Both the position numbers and the translations under genes were made by a program. 64,000 bases of DNA from Lama glama (taxonomy: Eukaryota). Of the stretch, positions 1 through 12,500 are shown piece after piece; position 1 is the first letter of the stretch; every line of letters starts with the position of its first letter. The notes below the pieces were generated by a model. The model ran no database searches and was not told the DNA's origin. It saw only the letters and a program-made list of their open reading frames with translations. The DNA is taken from contig CM052817.1 of the NCBI GenBank assembly GCA_028534125.1, forward strand, positions 35,280,001 to 35,344,000, in the 5' to 3' direction.

Positions 1-387
1 AACAGTGAAATAAAGCATAGTACTAAGAACATTAAAGAGAATTAATGCAAACAGCTCATCATCACCCATACTTAATCGGGAACAAATATACCAGTGGCTT
101 GTGAGGATACGTGCTAGTAAATATACCTTAAAATTCTACATATATTCATGATGTTATCTTTTTAAATTGAAAAGGACCATTTTCCTATGTCTTTGGGTGA
201 ACTTTTTGTGGACTCTGCTAAAAAAAATTGTGCTGCTGAAGGAAGAGGCTGGAAACTAAGTAACTCATAAAGAAACCAACATTTTTTCTTTCTTTGCAAT
301 AAATTGATGAGTTTCTCTTTATATACATGGATTTCTAATTTCAGTGCTAGATGAACAATTCACTGTGTGTTAATTAAGAGAAAATAC

Positions 388-515
388 CTTTGCTGCGTAA
401 CCAAGAGCAGCAGGCGTAGCAGATTCCGGAACCGTGCTAACCAAATCTGCATCCACAGGTGCTTCCATGGCCAGCTGCTGACCACAACGGTATCTTACTG
501 TGTAAACCATTTGGT
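388..515 (-). CDS. PPAT: PPAT exon 8
   Basis: [43 protein letters not shown]. Confidence 0.95.
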
Positions 516-3500
516 CTGGAATGTTTGGAAAAGGAAATAAATTATTTATATGTAGTATAATATAGCTCAGCAGAATATCACTATTCTAAAAACTAGCTTG
601 TTAGAACCCTATAGATTTGAGCACAAAAAGAAAAGTAAGACATAAAAAAAAACCCCACTAAAGTGGAAATACGTAAACTGGGGGAATTTACTATTTAAAA
701 AAAAATTAACTTTAATACATATCTGAAATCCTTACTCCTAAAAGGAAAACAAAATCCAGGAGTCAGATGAAAAGGAAAAATAGTCATCTTATGACTTGTA
801 GGCTCAGTTCCAAATCCACAACATATAACTATGTGCCTTCACAGAGCCAGGTAAGACTTTGGGCCCCAGAACTGCCATGCTTCGACGGGATAAACAACAG
901 ACTTTAATTAATTGTTATCAAGATATTTTACTTACCTTCAAATATACTATCTGGTCTTGCAAAATAAACATATTCAAAGATACAGAAGGCCATTGGGTTT
1001 CCTTCAGACCTTGGTATAATATCAAGAGTTTGGACATTATGTCTGGATATTTCCACAATTTCTCCAGGCAAGACTTCACGGTAATATCTTGGGAAACAAT
1101 GTTAAAGAAGACTTTAAGTAAACCAGTACTTAAGGCTAACTATCAAGTAGAAAGTACAGAGTCCCTTCCCCTATAGAGGAAAGTCTAAAAATGGCTTAAA
1201 AAATAAAAAAAGTAATATTCCTCCAGTAATAATCTCTATAAATCTGTTACCCCTAAATTCAAATTTAGAAAAAAAAAATAAAAGCCTTATGTTTTATTGA
1301 TTATTGGAAGAATGAAGACTAAAGAGAACATTTTTATCCTAGTTTAAAATTTTTGATCCTTGATGAGGAGATTTTTTCCTTTCTAAAATAAGCCTCATGG
1401 TATTTTGAAAACAAGATGCTAGGTCCAGGATTAGAAGGTTATTGTTGGAACATTAAAGTCAGTGCAACTGCTGAATACAATGTACAAAAGAAACTGCATT
1501 TATAAATATGTATTCTCGCAGACATCAGAAACAGAACTTTCATATTATAATAAAAATTTTTTTACTTATGTGGCAAAAAATTCATCTGCTGAGTGAGATA
1601 AAACTTACCTTGCACCAATAGATAAAAAGCTACAAGATTCTGAAGACACCACCCATCCTTCTGTTTCTGAAGATTTTTTTTCTGTAAACCATGAGACAAT
1701 AGGTTCAATCAATTCAAGAAATTTTAAAAGAGGCTTATCTATTTAAAGAGAACACTTAAATGAAAAATAGATAAATAAAAGAGCTCAGAGAATATCCATT
1801 ACTATGACCTTAAGAGCACATGGCTCCTTGTTTGACTAGAACCAAAGATAAAATTAACAATCCTAAGATTCCTCCAAATATTATGATTTCATGGCTTGAA
1901 TAAGATATCTGACAAGTCAAAAAGAAAATCACTGACATCATACTACATAAATGAAAAAGCTGGGCAAAGGAGATAAATAAAGGATATAAAGTAGGCCATT
2001 GAGACAGGACAAAATGGGAAAGCCCATTAAATATATTAAAACTGGCTTATCCTCAGAAATACTCAAGGAAATGTACTTTAAAAACTAAGTACCATATTTT
2101 TCTTTTTTACCTAGCTTTTACTCAATAAGCTTTCTATACCTCAAAATTTCAGGGTTTGCTAACAGTAAGACAACGACCAGGAAAAGCATTATGAAATTAT
2201 ATTCCCTTTGAAGTTCATTACCTTTATCATTTATATCAGATACAGGGATAAGACGACCAATGCATAGAGGACGATTTCCATAAGGATCTCGAACTGCATA
2301 GATAACATCCCTGTGCATTATAATCAGGGAGTATGCTGTGGGTGCCTCCTTCATTAAGTTTTTAATCCTGGAATTAATTAAATAATTGAATGAATAATTT
2401 CAGTTATAAACACGTGCAAGGCAAAGCTCTCATCACCAGACATGCAGGCTCAGCCTAATTTTATAATTACCTTGCGACCCAGTCTGGGGTGTCATCTTGT
2501 TCCTGGGGAGGGGTATATGCCAGTAACTGGGTGATCATTTCACTATCAGAACTTGTTGACAGACCAATACCATGACGCAGAAGCTATTTAGAAAGGAGAA
2601 AGGTTGTAATCATTAGAAAAGGAAGAAGCTTCACCTCACCCCTCACCCAATTGCCTGCCAGCACAGAAAGAGACCAGGCATTGTGCTCGGGTATCAAAAT
2701 CCTGCATTCTACCAATGGAAGGTATGCTATATAATAATGGAGAACTGCTGCTGGAGGCAACGGGAAGTCTCTGAAGCTTCTCAAACAGGAACAAAAAAGT
2801 GCTTTAGGAGGTATGTAGGACAGCTTTTGAAAACTAAGTTTGATGGAATGTAGACCTGCAATGGGTGGGTGGTGGAGGTGGGGCAGAGAAGGCATGAGGA
2901 TTTGGGATTGCCGTTCCAACTTTTTCAGCCCTGGACACTCCTGATGAACAGGAAACATTCCCATAAGAGTGGCACATTACAGTGGGGGACTCTCAACCTA
3001 GATTTGATGGTTGTAGTAATGGTGGCTACCCATCCTCACTGATTGTCCCTGGTAGAGTAGAAGGAATCGACTATACTGAGCAATTAAGTGTAGAAGATGT
3101 ACTAAAAATTGGTTGAGTGCACTATGATTACGAGGTTCTGAGCAAGACTGATTTGGACAAGGGCATCACCACTAACACGCATAGGCTGAGTTTAACACTA
3201 CAGAGCATTTTCAGTAGCAGCAAAATGTGTAGTGGTGAAGTCTAGCATCTGGGTAAGGGGTTCAGTTTGGAAATAATGAGCTAGGTATTGTCTGGAATTG
3301 AACTTTTAGTGGTTAACTCTAAGCAGTAAGTTTTATGAATAATTTTTACTTCATATTTATACTTTTTTGATTGAAAAAATTTTTAATTTTTAATTTGGGA
3401 GCAAAAAAACTCCCAAATGAAACTTATTATTGTCATTATAATAATCCCAGCATCTAAGAAGAGAGCAGGACAACGCTCTGGGAAATAATTAAATCAATTT

Positions 3501-6500
3501 TCCAAATATCTAATCCAAAACAGTGCATTAGAATTACCTTAGGAGCATATTAAAATGCAGACTCAGCAATCTCCCACCCCAGACTCTGGGGTGATACCTT
3601 AGAATTTGTAATTATAACAAGAAGTCCATGTAATTCTGATACAGTTGGGGGTTTTTTGGAGGGGAGGAGGTTGGGGGAGGACTTAATTAGGTTTATTTAT
3701 TTATTTTTAATGGGGATTGAACCCAGGACCTCATGCATGCTAAGCACATGCTCTACCACTGAGCTATACCCTACCCCCCAATACAGTTGTTCTCTGCAGT
3801 TAGGTAACAGGATAATGTCCTTTATCAAGTTCCTCAGTAACTTCTTTTCATTAATTTATCACAATAATAAAAAAAGCATTAAAAAAAAACTTACCTTTTT
3901 CCTTAAGCGAGCAGCATTTACCAATTCGCCATTATGTGCCACAGCTATTTTCCCATGAAGTGTTTCAACAACAAAGGGCTGGCAATTTTCTAATTCACAG
4001 TTTCCTGTAGTGGCGTACCTTGTGTGTCCAATTCCAAGATTTGAAGTATATAATTTCTTCAAATTGTCCTCAGTAAAGACGTGATTTACAAGACCCATTC
4101 CCTTGCAAATTCAAAGCAAGAGCTCATCTTATGAAAAAAAACCACTAGTAACACTTTTATAAGCCTCTGCTCAATCTCAAATTAGAAAATGCAGTTGACT
4201 TAAATTTTTCTGTGCTTCAGAATTCTAATCTTAAAAAAAAAGACAGTGATAATTGTGAGAACTGTGAAGCACTAAAAAAATAATTCGAGGTGAAACTCAC
4301 ATGACATAAAATTAACCATTTTTAAGTGAATGATTTGGTAGCATTTGATGTATTCACAACAATGAAGTGCTTGTTTTATAAGACACTTTTTAATGAAACA
4401 CTGAGGAACAGAGTACTAAGTGATAAAATTTGTCGTATACAATAAACTAAATTATTTGCAATTTTAAGTTCAAAGCATGTTAAAGTATTCAAATAAATGA
4501 CCTATTTGAGTCAGCCTAGCAAACTGTCACTGGCACAGAAACGCATCCTAGTTTGACAAATAGAGAAACAGCTGATCCAAAGAGTATTACAGTTGACCCT
4601 TGAACAACATGGGCTTGAACTGGGCAGGTCCACACATTCATGGATTTTTTTCAATAAAGGTATCAGAAGAATTTTTTTGCAGATTTGCGACAATTTACAA
4701 AAACTGGCAGACGAACCGTGCAGCCTAGAGTAACCGAAAAAATTAAGAAAAAATTAGGAGTGTCATGAATGTATAAAATATGTGTAGATGCTATTCTGTT
4801 TAATCATTTACGACCATAAAATGTACACAAACCTACTATAAAATGTAGTGAGTTAATCAAAACTCACGCACACAAACACTACAGACTGTAAATAGCACTA
4901 TCTGTAGTTGCGAGCAATGCAAACAAACATTAAAGTGGAGGATGACATCTTAACTGCCTAAAATGAACTGTATTGCAGACAGTCCCACTGTAGTAATTTC
5001 GTTGCCACCTCCTGTTAATATGGGGTGAGCTCAGGTGTTACAAGTATCCACTTAAAACACCATGTGACACCAATTATTTCTGGGTGAGCAGTTCACCTCT
5101 CCATTACATTGGCTATCACAGTAAAAAGTCACCTCTCCCAGTTCCTGTGTATTTTTCATAGTGTTTAGCGTCAATACCATACACCTTGAGTAACATCGTG
5201 GGACCCATATAAAGTGCTGCTAGTGATTCTGGAAATGATCCCAAGAAACAGAGGAGAGTCATGCCGTTATAAGAAAAAGCTGAATTGCTTGATGCGTACT
5301 GTAGATTGAGATCTGCAGCTGTGGTTGGCTACCATTTCAAGATAAATAAATCCAGCATAAGGACCATTGTAAAGCGAAAGAAAATACATGAAGCCGTTGC
5401 TGCGCCTACATCAATAAGCACAAAAACCTTGCATTTTTTGCAAAATACGTTTTTATCTCATATCAAAAATGCTGCTTTTATGTGAGTGTTGGATTCCTAT
5501 AAGAAACGTATACATACCTATTGACTCTAATATGATTCGAGAAAAAGTGAAGTCATTATATGACAACTAAATGCAAAAGGACAGTGAAGGATATAAAGCT
5601 GGAGAATTTAATGCCAGCAAAGGATGGTCTGATACTTTTAGGAAGGTATTTGGCTTAAAAAAAGTCAAGATAACAGGGGAAGCAACTTCTGCTGACCAAG
5701 GCAGCAGACAAGTTCCCAGACACCATTAAGAAAATCAGTGAGGAGAAAGGATATCTGACTGAAAAGGTTTTTAACTCAGACAAAAATGCTCTATTCTGGA
5801 GCTGAGGGGGAAGCCACAAAGGACATTTACTAATAAGGAAGTGAAGCAAGCACCAGGATTTAAGGCAGGAATAGACAGGCTAACTCTCTGTTTTGCACAA
5901 ACGCCATGGGCTTTACGATCAGGACTGCCCTCATCTATAAAGCTGCTAACCCCGAGCCTTGAAGGGAAAAGACAAATACCAGCTGCCAGTCTTTTGTTTG
6001 TACTAGAAAGCCTGGACAATGAGAACCCCTTTACTGGATTGGTTCCATCATCGCTTTGTCCCTGAAGTCAGGAGGTACCTCGCCAGTAAAGGACTGCTTT
6101 TCAAAGTTCTTTTGATATTGGACAATACCCTGGCACCCAGAACCCTATAAGTTCAACACTGAAGGCATGAATAGTGGGTCTACGTGCCCCCAAACACAAC
6201 ATCTCTAATTTAGCCTCCAGATCAGGGGATCTTAAGTATCTTTAAGGCTCATTATACATGGTACTCTATGGAAAGACTGTCAATGCTGCAGAAAGGAATC
6301 CTGATAGAACATCATGAAAGTCTGGAAGGACTACACCACTGAAGGTGCCCTCATTGTTACAGAAAAAGCTGTAAGAGCCATCAAGCCTAAAACTATAAAT
6401 TCCTGCTGGAGAAAACTGTGACCAGATGTTGTGCAGATTTACGACAGAACCTATCAAGGAAACCACGAAAGAGATTCTGGATATGGGGGGAAAAAGGAAA

Positions 6501-9500
6501 AGAAAAAAGAAAAAAAAAAAAAAGGTGGGGAAGGGTCAAGGGCACCTTGGAGAAATTCAAGAGCTAAATTCTTCAGAGGAATTAACAGAAGATGATGTGA
6601 GGGAGGTGAAAGCTTCTGAACCAGCGCTAGATAATGAGGAAGAGGATGCAGAAGCAGCAGTACCAGAAAACAAACTGATGTTGGACAGTCTGGCAGAAGG
6701 GTTCTGATTATACGAGACCGCTTTTGATTCTTTCACAACATGGGCTCTTCTATGAAATGGGCACTGAAACTGAAGCAAACAGTGGAAGAAGGACTGGTAC
6801 TTCACAAACACTTTTAGAGAAATGAAAAAGCAAAAGTCAAGACAGAAATCAGTATGTATTTCCATCAAGCTACACCCAGTGTGCCCACCTCGCCTGCCTC
6901 CCCCCCTCCCCAGACAGCAAGATCCACCCCTCCTCTTCCTCAGCCTACTCAATGTGAACGAAGGCTACTAGGATGAAGACCTTTATGATGACCCACTTCC
7001 ACTTAATGAACAGTAAGTCATCATCATGTCGTTAATAAACTTATCTGCTGTGTATGTGTGTGAGTGTCCCCATGTGAAAACCAAGTACCTGTACAATGTT
7101 TCTATGCCACCATCATCAATGCCTAAGTAGTCATCCTGTAGACCATCATGTGCAAGTCTGGCATCAAAGTGGACAGTCCATCCTTATACAGGCATAAAGT
7201 GAGTGATCTTTTATAACAATTCATTCATTATTGTAGAGGCTACCATAAAGCAATCATATTGCTTCTTCATTATCAATGCATGAATCATTATACCTGTGAA
7301 TATGAATTGCTTTTTCACATTATCTTTTCATTTTTGATGTCACGTGTTAGTAACACACATAACATCTACACTGTTTTGTATCATGTAAGACTACATTAAC
7401 GTAGGTACTGTAGGTACCGACAGATTCACATGCATCTTGTAAAAAAGACAATGTAAGCTTATTGTCTGGATTAAATACAGTACTGTGCTGTAAATGTAAT
7501 TTCTCCTTATGATTTTAATAGTTTCTTTTCTCTAGCTTACTTTACTGTGAGAATATAGTATAATAAATACAACACACAAAATATGTGTTAATCAACCGTT
7601 TCTGTAACGGTAAGGCTTCCTGTCAACCGTAGGCAATTAAGTTTTGGGGGAGTCAAAAGATATATGCGGATTTTCGAAGGTCAGCAGCCGTAACTCTTGT
7701 TGTTCAAGGGTCAACCATACTTCTTTCTTTTTTTTTTTTCAACCATACTTCTAAATACAAATTATTCTTTATTCAAATTTCCTCCCTCAGCCCCCATATA
7801 CTAGTGATCTTCTGGCTATTGTTATCTTTATTATCAATATTTTGTAATGTTTAAATATACCTTGTGTGTTTTGAATGTTGGCATCCAATTCCCATCACTG
7901 GTCACAATACCAGCACTCTCCTGACCCCTGTGAATATAAAAAGTTACCAACTATTAAATTTACGCCACTGATAAGCTTCCTAATGAATTTTGTGAAACAA
8001 ACTTTTCTCGATAGCATCCATGAACTGAGTCTGACAACCCTGAAATGCCACTACTACTAGTGCCACTTCTATGCATGATGTTATAATGACAAGATTAGCA
8101 ACAGCAGCAGATGAGACTGAGTTCTAATATGCCAGGCACTGTCAGAAGCATTTACCGGAATGATTTTGAGTCAGGAAAGAAGGGGGCAGGGCACAGCCAC
8201 TCAAGGAATGACAATTAACATCAAAATGGTGGAAGATCAACCCCCAGAGGCCTCGAGGCTCAAGATGGTGGGAGATTTGACTTCTAGTAGACCTTGAGCT
8301 TCATTACGTGCCCACTGTAATATGAAAAACATGCCCACAGGCGCCATGACTGTTCCAAGACTAACCATAAAAGGTCAAAGAGTGGGCAATGGCCAACTTC
8401 CTGGGAATCCCAGCCCCTTCCCCAAGGTAGTTAAAACAGTCTTACCACTTGTTAGCATATGAAGCTACTGAGCCCATAAAAACTGGCAACACAGCACCTT
8501 GTGGCCACTTCTGGCTCCCTCCTCTTTGGAGACAGCCACCCCAGTCTATGGAATGTGTAACTACTTTTACTCTAATCTAAGGACCCAACCCCCACACCTC
8601 ATAGCCTTTCTCTTGACTTTTGAACAGCCTACACTTTATGCAGTATGTATCTCTCTAAATAAATCTACCTTTACTCAACTGGTTCACTCTTGAATTCTTT
8701 CCTGTGTGAAGCTAAGGACCCACACCTGGCAGGGCACATCCCAGGGACTCAGAAAACTGAGACCTGGGACACAGCCCTCCTCATGCCCCACATCCATTTT
8801 TCCTGCATCAATCTAATTTATTAGTCTTTCAAAACAATCCTGTGAAGCAGGTTCTATGATTACCATTCACATTTTATAGACAGGGACAACACTAAAGAAA
8901 TGCAAGTAACTTGTCCAGTGTCACACAGAGAATGGTCAGAGAACAGTGGCATGGCCAGGATTTCAATACAGACAATCTGACTTCAGAACCTGGGCTTCTA
9001 ACCTTTGTAGTTATGTGACCTATAAATAAGGTTGAGTATGTAGATCTAAATGAAAATCTCTAAATAAAATAGGTAAGATGCTTAGTTGTGGGAAACATTA
9101 TTATGAACAAAATTTATTCTTTAGTTTTCTTGTTTTGCTTTTTCGCACTCTCCAAATTTTCTCTTACAAATATTTATCACTATTTTTTATCATAAAATAA
9201 TAAATGCTGCTTCAAAAAAAACCCTAAGCTGATCAGGAACTTTGGATCTAATTTGCTGCATTAGTATTTTTAGATGATACAGAGAAAAAAGCCAGAGGCT
9301 AGGCTTCTGGCTAGGTAGGGCAGGGTAACTAGCTTCTGGCTAGGTTGGGTAACACATTGGTAAAACCTAGATCTGCACCACTCAATACACTCAAAAGATA
9401 AAAATAAAGGTATTAATTGCTCAACAATTTTTAATGTTTCTGAACAACTGCTATAAATACTAGATGTTTATTAACACATTTTGTTCCAAAGAATATATAT

Positions 9501-12500
9501 CAGGGTAGAAATAAAAAGTAAACCTCTATCATATATGTATTTATACATCAAAACTTATACATATATTTATTTGGTAAAAACAATCTTTTTCAAAATTATA
9601 TTTAGGCATTTTAATAACATGAAAAATGTACTTGCATAGTAAAAATCTAAAAAACTAAAATTGAAGTGATTTTACTAAATTATCAATGTGTCAAATACTA
9701 TGACCTATTATGCTGACCAGATATGTATAATAATATACATCCTATACAACTGAATAATTTGTGACTTAGGATTTCTTTTTCTTTTTTTAAATTGAAATAT
9801 AGTCAATTTACAATATTGTGTTAGTCTCTGGTGTACAGCATGGTGATTCAGTTATAAACACACATATATATATTCTTTTTCATTATAGGTTACTACAAGA
9901 TAGTGAATATACTTCCCTGTGCTATACAATAGGACCTTGTTTATCCATTTTATATATAGTAGTTAGTATCCGCAAATCCCAAACTCCCAATTTATCCCTC
10001 CCCTCCTCCTTTTCCCCTTGGTAACCATAAGTTTGTTTTCTATGTCTGTGAGTCTATTTCTGTTCTGTAAATAAGTTCATTTGTGTCTTTTTTTTTCATT
10101 CCACATATAAGCGATAACATAAGGATTTATTTAATGAAATGATGTGGTCTTTGGTTAACCAACATTAAAAGACTAAGTGATTCATATCAGAGGGAAAAAA
10201 ATAACATTAGCCATAAACTTTAGGGCAGAAAGAACCTCTGCTCATCGTTTCCATAACAACTTAAAAAAATCATATAGCAAATTAGAGTGAATTATATAAG
10301 AAAAGACATAAACCAATAAAAGTTTTCTTTCCCTTTTGTGTCAAGGGTAATTTTTCCTTGAAGCTGAAATGAATAACAACAGGAATCATTTCGGTCCAGG
10401 CTTCTTTAATCACAAAGCCTGCTTATTTGGCAGTTTCTCAAGTTACTCCCCTCAGGCAGCTAGAACCAGTTAAACTAGATCCTTTCAGCTCTTCAGAGCT
10501 TATTGACAACCAGCCGTCTGGTTTCCTAGGAAACAAAACCTTGGCTAGAAATAGTGAATCATTTCCAGGTCACTTTCAACATGGAGAGTGGAGCAGGAAA
10601 GCACTGGACTGAGGACGAGGTTAAAGCTCTGCTAAGTGTCTGGGCAGAAAAAAATGTACGAAAACAACTTTATGGAACACTGAGAAATAAAGGAGTATTT
10701 CTTTATATTGCTAAAAGGCTGCAAGCTCTAGGAGTACACAGGGACTGGAAACAGTGCCGGGCAAAGTACAAAAATCTTAAATATGAATACAGAACTGTTA
10801 AATACGCCCACAACTCTGGAGACAGCTCTAAAACTATGAAGTTCTTCCACGATTTGGATGCGATTCTGCAGTATGAACCTGCCACACAATTAACAGAGGA
10901 AGATGCAAATAGCAGGTGCCTGGCAACGCTGAGCCAAAGTCCAGCTCCAGAGACCATTGAAGGTAAAAAGAAAAAGTACCATTCTTTTGTTTTTATCTAA
11001 CAAACTGTAAGAGAACCAGACTTCTGAGTCCATATGATAAATATAGCCTGAAATATCAAGGTTGAGAAAAACCGACCTTTATGTATATGCTATTTTGCAC
11101 AAGGTAAAAATTAATTTTAAAAAGTTTAAATACCACCATTTAAAAAATCTGTAAAATACAGGAAAAACACATTAAAATGCCACTAACTGCTACTGCCAAC
11201 TGCTCCTTACCCATGTCTGATACGGTTTTTGGAAAATGGATTGGGTTCTGAAAACAACTTAAGTTTTAATTTTATAAGAGTGGTGAAAAAAAAATTGCTC
11301 AACTGTTGTTTTCCCACAGCTCCAAACAAGACAGAAATTTCTGCTCTATGGCTTTTTGTTTTGTTTTGTTTTTTTAATATTTCCTGTCTTTTATTTATTT
11401 TTTTTGAGGAAGGAGGAGGTAATTAGGTTGATTGATTGATTGATTGATTGATTGGTTTTAATGAAGGCACTGGGGATTGAACCCAGGACCTCGTGCATGC
11501 TAGGCATGGGCTCTGCCACTGAGCTATATCCTCCCCCCTCTGCTCTATGTTAATGTTCCCATTTTCCTAAATGTATAAATAAAAGCACTAAGATACTAAC
11601 AACTGATAGAGAACTTCATTACTTCTTTGGAAGACCAGCTCAATTTTAACAGGAAGTAAAACAAATAGATTTGACAGATTAAATGATTTAAAAACAGGCA
11701 TACCTCAGGGTACTGCAGGTTTGGTGCTAGACCTCTGCAATAAAGCAAATACTGCAATAAAGCGAATTTTTTGGTTTCCCAGTGCATTTAAATGTTTACA
11801 CCATACTGTAGTCTATTAAGTATGCAACAGCATTATGCCTGAAAAACGTACATACCTTAATTTAAAAATACATCATTGCTAGACAAATGCGAACCATCGT
11901 TTGAGCCTTCAGTGAGTTGCAGTAGTAACATCAAAGATCACTGACCACAAATCAGCATAATACAATTAAATGGTTTGAAATATCACGAATTACCAAAATG
12001 TGACACAGAGACCCAAAGTGAGCAAATGCTGTTAGAAAAATGGCGCTAATAGGCTTGCTTGACACAAGGATGCCACAAACCTTTAATTTGTGAAAAACAA
12101 AAACAAAAACTGCCCCGCAATACCTGCAAAGGGCAATGAAAGGAGGTATGCCTTATTAAAACAAGTTTCCTGACCTGCTGTGTTGTGAAGATTCTACTAT
12201 TCTACTATTTTTGTAGAATTTGCTCAGTGCCTATGGAAGCCGAATGCATCACTAGGCAAGTTGGGGAAATCAAAGGCAGTAATGACATTCCTCCCATGGT
12301 CAAAATCTCACAGTTGCTTTTTTTTTGCGTTAAACCATCTTTAATGCTTGTATCACATATTCAAAAATAAAACTAAATTAGGGTCTTACGTGTTCAGTAT
12401 TTTACATTCAATTATGGTTTGTTTTCTTTCTTTTTTTAAAAAAACAACTTATGGTTTAATTTCTGTATGGTAATCACAGTTGCTATTTTTAAGAGCAGAG

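Noticed and set aside
3700..3779. tRNA-like sequences with A and B boxes (also at 11470, 15463, 22253, 40237)
   Set aside because: They are SINE heads with tails and TSDs, not tRNA genes.
1088..4104. AAG acceptors at PPAT exons 3 and 7
   Set aside because: Less common than CAG/TAG but canonical AG, and the frame is preserved.
5285..6952. Tigger transposase ORF fragments as a domesticated TIGD-like gene
   Set aside because: Many stops and frameshifts plus an inserted A-run, consistent with neutral decay.
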